DNA of 62,941 nt, counting the filler. It is 12 parts of 12 records of this genome, joined end to end, with 100 filler letters (N's around TTAATTAATTAA, not from the genome) between each part and the next. Parts side by side here need not be neighbours in the genome. Positions count along the whole stretch, not along the records: positions 57,837 to 62,941 come from SRR15195285_707; 11 more parts are not named here. One strand, written 5' to 3'. How positions within the stretch are numbered: the stretch's first letter is position 1; each line of letters opens with the position of its first letter. Position numbers and translations under genes: made by a program. Below, piece after piece: positions 58,041 through 62,941 of this stretch. The notes under the pieces were generated by a model. It searched no databases and was not told the origin of the DNA. It was given only the letters and a program-made list of their open reading frames with translations.

Positions 58041-61000
58041 ATGCTGCGCGGCGCGGCAGGGCTCGTCTTCGCGCTCCTGGTGGGGGAGGTGTCGGGGCAG
58101 GCGTGCGACACCAGCAGCGGATGCTCGGAGCTCTCCCAGGTCTCGGTCGAGCTCGCGGACGGGATCTGGATCTGCGGTAACTCCGACACCACGGGATCAT
58201 GGTCGAGCATCTGGAGCATGTGCAACGAGTGCAACAACTACGCGCTGCCGACGATCTCGTCGCTGTCGTTGCGCATGCAGCCCTCGAACCTGGATTCGTG
58301 GATCGTGCCGTCGGACTGGACCTCCGCCACGACGGAGGCGCGGCGCAACCACTTCGAGTTCGTCATGACGGGCCAGCCCGCCGGCGGGTACTCGGCTGGC
58401 GGCTGGACCTCGGTGCTGAATGCCAACGCGGGGCAGCCGTCGTCGCTGTCGCTCGCGCAGATCCGAATGTCGCGCGGCGTCCGCGACGACACGTGGGTTG
58501 CGCTCACGGACGGCGACGAGGACACGGACATGTCGCGCGGCGACTCGAGCTTCGGCAGCCAGCATCAGCGCCCCTCCGCTGAGTTCGACACGGACGGGCA
58601 GCGCTGGATGAGCATGTGCATAGACGCCTCGGCGTACGAGGGGGCCTACATGTGGAACCACATGTGGCGCAAGACCGTGTGCACGTCTGGGTTGACGATC
58701 GAGCACTCCCCTGTACTGTGCGAGGGTAACCTCGGTGCCGTCTGCACGTACACTTGCAACGACGAATACCACGTGTACGGCTCGCGCGCGATCGAGGGTA
58801 CAGTGGACGACCACTTGCACCAGTGTGTGTACGACGACTCCGGCACGTACGGCATGTTCACCGGCGGTCTGTGCGTGCCGGACGTCTGCGACACATCGTA
58901 CATCCAACACTCCCCCAGCGTTTGCAACGGCACTCCGCTCGAGGAGTGCGACTACACGTGCGACCCTGGGTATGCGCGGAGCGGCACGCACCTCTGCAAC
59001 CTTCAAGGTGTCTTCGAAGGGGGCAGCTGCGAGCCGATCCAGTGCACGCAGGGTCTCACGATCGAGAACTCGGACACCGTTTGCTCCGGTAGCACGGGGG
59101 ACGAATGCGAGTATGAGTGCCTTGACGGCTACATCCCTGCATTGGAGCACGTGTGCCGTCCAGGTGGCCGATTTTTCGGCGGTTTCTGCACCGCTCCGCT
59201 GTCTTGCGACGGCATCGAGTGGGGCCCCAAGAGGAACGACACCTGCGGCGTGTGCGGAGGCGACAACTCTACATGTGCTGGGTGCAGTGGTGAGGTGTAT
59301 AGCCCAGTCCGGTGGGACTCGTGCGGCATCTGCGGCGGCAACTACGTACCGTCTGTTGCCATCAACATGGGTGAGAGCTCAGCTGCGGTCGGCGTGCGCA
59401 GCAGTCAGGAGCTGTCCATTCCGACGACTGCGTTCTGGAACTCGTCGTGCCCAAGCACGTCGGCGCTAAACTTTCAGTGGTCCACAGATGCGACGGTAGC
59501 GAATGGCAAGTTGCTACAACCGCTTGACGAGCGCTCCAGCAGCTCACCGACACTCCGCCTGCCTGCCGGAACACTTGTCGCGGGCGAGGAGATCACGATT
59601 ACAGTTCGAGTCACGGCCGTTGTTGAGCAGCGCGCCGAGGAGGGCACCGCGGTGAGGCACGGCCTGCGGTCCGTGTCGACGCTAGATGAACCTGAGCCTC
59701 CGGTCTCCGTGTGTTTGCTTGACCCGCTGGCTTGTCCACGCGAGCTTGTCCAAATTACCGACTGGGCGGAGACTTCCATCCAAATCAACTGCGTTCGCGA
59801 GCCTGTTCAGGCAGTGATTGCTGGCGGCAACCGGGTCGTTCCTCGCCAAGGAGACGTTCTGTTGGACGCATCAGGTTCCGTGGACCCGCAACTGTCCCCG
59901 GAGCCGTTCTCGTACATGTGGAATTGCACGAAGACCGGCACCGAAGAGGCTTGCCCAGGAATGGGATGGCGATGGGAACCAACGATCCACCCGCCTGATG
60001 ACCCCATCCTTACCGTCCCTGCGGAGGACTTAGAGGCTTCGACATCGTATGATTTCACTGTCACTGTCACGAAGATCGCGGCGGACGGCACCATGCGCAA
60101 CGACACGGCCATGGTAACCATCACTGTTGCGGCTGGCATGGTCCCGTCGGTGAACATCAACCAAAGGGACATTCGCCCGAAGTACAATGCCAACGAGCGA
60201 CTCGTGATCTCTGGTGTAGTGGCATCCAACCTGCTGCCGGACGTACCGCCAAACGAACCTGGGGGCGAAGCAATCGATCTACTATGGCAGGGCTACGGTG
60301 CGAATTCCACAGGGCATTACCTGTCGCTCGACATGTCTGTAGAAGGCTTCTTGTCCACACCTATGACCGCAAGGAACCTCGTGGTGAGTTCTTTCCAGCT
60401 CAGCCCCGGCGACCGATATCGGTTCCGGCTCACTGGTACTGGGTCAGATGGAGACGCCTCTGCCGAAGTAAACATCGTCATGAATCTGTCGCCAGTGAAC
60501 GGCATCTGCCGTGCACGCTGCCGCACCGCGGAGTGCACATCTATGCGCGAGGGCATGGCCATTCGCGATCAATTCACGCTCTCGGCTCTTGACTGGGAGG
60601 ACGAGGATGAAGGCCCCTTGTGGTATCGCTTCGGCTACAACGATCGCACAGGGCAACAGTTCTTCGTCACCGATTTCACTATGTCCGAGGCTGTCGAAGC
60701 TATCGTTCCTGCAGGTGCTGACGACACTATACCTGCATTCTCGGTCTTCGTTACCTGCGACATTCGCGACCTGTACGGTGGAACAGCATCGGACACAGAC
60801 CGCATTACCGTCGTCCCTTACGAAGTCGACGGTAGCCTGGCAGACGCTGCTGGTTCGCGTCTCAACGAGGCCGCCTCTTCCGGTGACACACAACAGCAAT
60901 TCCAGCTCGTGGATGCGTTTGCCAGCACCCTCAACGACGATGGCAACCGCCGCCGCCACTACCGCCGCCGGATGACCGAGGAAGACGTTGCTGACGACGC

Positions 61001-62941
61001 GCAGGGCGCACGTGAGATTCTTGTCGGCACCCTGTCTGACATGACGTCAGCTGGGGCGGTGGTGGGAGCTGCGGGTCGGGTCGCCGCCAGCCTCAGCGCC
61101 GTTTCCTCAAATCCAGGTGAGCTGAGCTCGGATGCCACGGACAAGAGCCTGTCGACGGTGACGAGCATTACGGAGAGCGGAGAGAAAATGGGGGGCGACG
61201 CTGTATCGGGATTTGCCTCCGCGGCAGCCAATTTGTTGTTGTCTTCCAAAGGGCAATTCGAGGAGGCCCGGCGGCGGCGGCGGCTCGCGGAGGGTAACGA
61301 AACGGCAGGCGCATCTGAGCACGACGTGGCAGCAGCCGCCGAACGTGGCAATGCTGTACGCAACATTGTCAGCGCCGTCGCTGTAGGCTCCAACGGCGAC
61401 AAGGTTGCTGGCGAGGCCGCGACCGTGATTTCGACGCCTGCATTCGGTCTGGAAACCACTCGCGAGGCGCCGAGCGACATGGAAGGCAAGGAGCTCGCAG
61501 GTGGCGTCAAAGTTCCCAGCGGGTTCTTGCCCGACGGTTTTGCAGGTGCTGTAGACTCGCAAGTCACCAGCTGGAAAGGGAACGACCACCCGTTTTTTTA
61601 CGCCACGTCCAACAACGAATCCAACCTCACCCTTTCCTCGGAAGTGCAGAGCGTCAGCTTCAACAGCGAGGACGGTGCAGAGATTCCTGTCAACGGCCTG
61701 TATGATCCTTTTGTAGTGAACATCACTGTGCCAAGCGGAATGCTGTGTCCCGTAAACTCGAGTGAAGAGTTTCTGGGCGAGGATGCATGCGAGGAGGAGC
61801 AATACAACTGCAGCTACTTTGATGATGCGACAGGAACTTTCGTCGCTGACGGCGTGGTGCTCAACAAAACGAACTACACGCTTACTTGTGCGTTCTACCA
61901 TTTGACGGACCTCGCTGGTGTTGCCGGGCCGGCTCCGTCGGCCAACAAAATGGATGTCGACAAGCTTTTTAGTGCGGACTTCTTGATGAACAATCCGGTC
62001 GGCTTCGCACTAGCCGTCGGTCTACTGATGCTGCTCATCTACTCGTTCTGGTGGTCCATCAAGGAGTACATCAAGGAGACCAACGAGGAGGGCATCACTG
62101 TCAACAATGCGAGCATGATGCAGACGGAGTTTGCGCTGAACCAGTGCAACTACAAGGTTGACAAGATCAGCTTCAAGCAGCGCGTGATCGTCAAAATCCG
62201 CATGGACTGGGACTGGGGTGGTCTCTTTTTCCCAATGCCCGGCGACCCGAACTCGCGTTCGCAGCGCGCGCTGGTCCTCCTCGCTGCCACACTGTTCACG
62301 CTTGTGTTCGAGATAATGTTCTTCAAGGACCCTGCAGGCTGCATCAACTTCACGGAGGGAGAAGGCAAGCAGCAGGTGGTATACCAGTACGACTGCCTAT
62401 CGGGCTCGAAGGATCCCTCTTTGACAGCAGAGGAGGCGTGGGAGATATGTAACGACGCGTTGAATGGCCGCCTCTTCAGCGTATGTGATCCAATCTGTAA
62501 CCAGTTCCAGGCCAACGGCTACATGGCCGCACTGCTCGCTGCGTTGGTGTCCATCCCATTCTCGAAGTCGATGGGCTATGCATTCGGCTGGCTGCAAGAG
62601 CCATACAGCGCAGTTATCGAGGGCGACGACGCCGCCCCGCCGGGCCGGCTGCAGCGCTGGTGGAACCGGTGCACTCGTGGCAAGGAGTACAAGAGAGAAA
62701 TTGCTGCAATGGAAAAGCATCCAGACGATCGTTCACTGGAAGAGGTCGATCTTCTCTGCAAGCTGATGTCCAAGTGCGAGTTGTTCGACGGCATCATGAG
62801 CCAGCGAGACAGACGAGAGATCGCCCGCGTGCTCACCTACCAGGCTAAGCGCCCGCACACAATCATCTGGGAGCAGGGCGACATGGGCAAGGAAGTCCAC
62901 TCGATTCTTCGTGGGAACGTGACTGTGATGATCAAGGGCCC
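58041..62941 (+). CDS. 3'-truncated polycystin-1/PKDREJ-like receptor (Cys-rich/sushi-like repeats, REJ, GPS, at least 3 TM) with cyclic-nucleotide-binding domain
   Basis: Not in the ORF track because it has no stop before the window end. ATG 58041 begins MLRGAAGLVFALLVGEVSG (signal peptide), and no listed ORF terminates in this frame. Motifs: DTCGVCGGDNSTC; REJ-type LLDASGSVDP...FSYMWNC, NLSPVNGIC and DWEDEDEGPLWYRFGY; GPS CSYFD...LTCAFYHLTDLA; three hydrophobic helices; then CELFDGI...IIWEQGDMGKEVHSILRGNVTV (CNBD). Confidence 0.85.
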   Translation, partial: MLRGAAGLVFALLVGEVSGQACDTSSGCSELSQVSVELADGIWICGNSDTTGSWSSIWSMCNECNNYALPTISSLSLRMQPSNLDSWIVPSDWTSATTEARRNHFEFVMTGQPAGGYSAGGWTSVLNANAGQPSSLSLAQIRMSRGVRDDTWVALTDGDEDTDMSRGDSSFGSQHQRPSAEFDTDGQRWMSMCIDASAYEGAYMWNHMWRKTVCTSGLTIEHSPVLCEGNLGAVCTYTCNDEYHVYGSRAIEGTVDDHLHQCVYDDSGTYGMFTGGLCVPDVCDTSYIQHSPSVCNGTPLEECDYTCDPGYARSGTHLCNLQGVFEGGSCEPIQCTQGLTIENSDTVCSGSTGDECEYECLDGYIPALEHVCRPGGRFFGGFCTAPLSCDGIEWGPKRNDTCGVCGGDNSTCAGCSGEVYSPVRWDSCGICGGNYVPSVAINMGESSAAVGVRSSQELSIPTTAFWNSSCPSTSALNFQWSTDATVANGKLLQPLDERSSSSPTLRLPAGTLVAGEEITITVRVTAVVEQRAEEGTAVRHGLRSVSTLDEPEPPVSVCLLDPLACPRELVQITDWAETSIQINCVREPVQAVIAGGNRVVPRQGDVLLDASGSVDPQLSPEPFSYMWNCTKTGTEEACPGMGWRWEPTIHPPDDPILTVPAEDLEASTSYDFTVTVTKIAADGTMRNDTAMVTITVAAGMVPSVNINQRDIRPKYNANERLVISGVVASNLLPDVPPNEPGGEAIDLLWQGYGANSTGHYLSLDMSVEGFLSTPMTARNLVVSSFQLSPGDRYRFRLTGTGSDGDASAEVNIVMNLSPVNGICRARCRTAECTSMREGMAIRDQFTLSALDWEDEDEGPLWYRFGYNDRTGQQFFVTDFTMSEAVEAIVPAGADDTIPAFSVFVTCDIRDLYGGTASDTDRITVVPYEVDGSLADAAGSRLNEAASSGDTQQQFQLVDAFASTLNDDGNRRRHYRRRMTEEDVADDAQGAREILVGTLSDMTSAGAVVGAAGRVAASLSAVSSNPGELSSDATDKSLSTVTSITESGEKMGGDAVSGFASAAANLLLSSKGQFEEARRRRRLAEGNETAGASEHDVAAAAERGNAVRNIVSAVAVGSNGDKVAGEAATVISTPAFGLETTREAPSDMEGKELAGGVKVPSGFLPDGFAGAVDSQVTSWKGNDHPFFYATSNNESNLTLSSEVQSVSFNSEDGAEIPVNGLYDPFVVNITVPSGMLCPVNSSEEFLGEDACEEEQYNCSYFDDATGTFVADGVVLNKTNYTLTCAFYHLTDLAGVAGPAPSANKMDVDKLFSADFLMNNPVGFALAVGLLMLLIYSFWWSIKEYIKETNEEGITVNNASMMQTEFALNQCNYKVDKISFKQRVIVKIRMDWDWGGLFFPMPGDPNSRSQRALVLLAATLFTLVFEIMFFKDPAGCINFTEGEGKQQVVYQYDCLSGSKDPSLTAEEAWEICNDALNGRLFSVCDPICNQFQANGYMAALLAALVSIPFSKSMGYAFGWLQEPYSAVIEGDDAAPPGRLQRWWNRCTRGKEYKREIAAMEKHPDDRSLEEVDLLCKLMSKCELFDGIMSQRDRREIARVLTYQAKRPHTIIWEQGDMGKEVHSILRGNVTVMIKG

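Noticed and set aside
58197-62848. Many short ORFs listed on both strands in the last contig
   Set aside because: They are shadow ORFs of the single long GC-rich frame starting at 58041.
1-62941. rRNA, tRNA, CRISPR arrays and prokaryotic operons
   Set aside because: I recognised none by eye; tRNAscan-SE or Infernal would be needed to exclude small RNAs.

Overview
This is eukaryotic, intron-containing, GC-rich DNA. It is a concatenation of 12 separate contigs joined by 11 artificial 100-nt spacers (N-run/TTAATTAATTAA/N-run), so gene order across spacers has no biological meaning. The gene content suggests a flagellated, probably heterotrophic marine protist (inference). It includes ARL6/BBS3, two sulfatases, a BNR/GH33 sialidase-like protein, a GH2 beta-mannosidase, a DUF4838-like protein, a PQQ-type propeller, and DUSP, WD40, EF-hand, PDZ and TIR proteins. 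About 22 genes or gene fragments can be modelled by hand with GT-AG introns. The most notable items are unusual multi-domain fusions: (1) a single-exon 2xGT49 + PL14-like + sulfotransferase protein, a possible one-polypeptide sulfated-glycan assembly line; (2) a TrmO tRNA methyltransferase fused to a Bmt5-like rRNA methyltransferase and a zinc finger; (3) a polycystin-1-like REJ/GPS receptor with a cytoplasmic cyclic-nucleotide-binding domain, absent from the ORF track; (4) a PINK1-like kinase with an apparent signal peptide; (5) a PTS2-bearing PhyH-Nudix fusion and a PTS1-bearing flavocytochrome b2-like enzyme; (6) a macrodomain-EF-hand-RRM protein. Several short intergenic inverted-repeat elements are also present, one of them shared between two contigs. 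All domain calls come from motif recognition by eye; no database searches were run.
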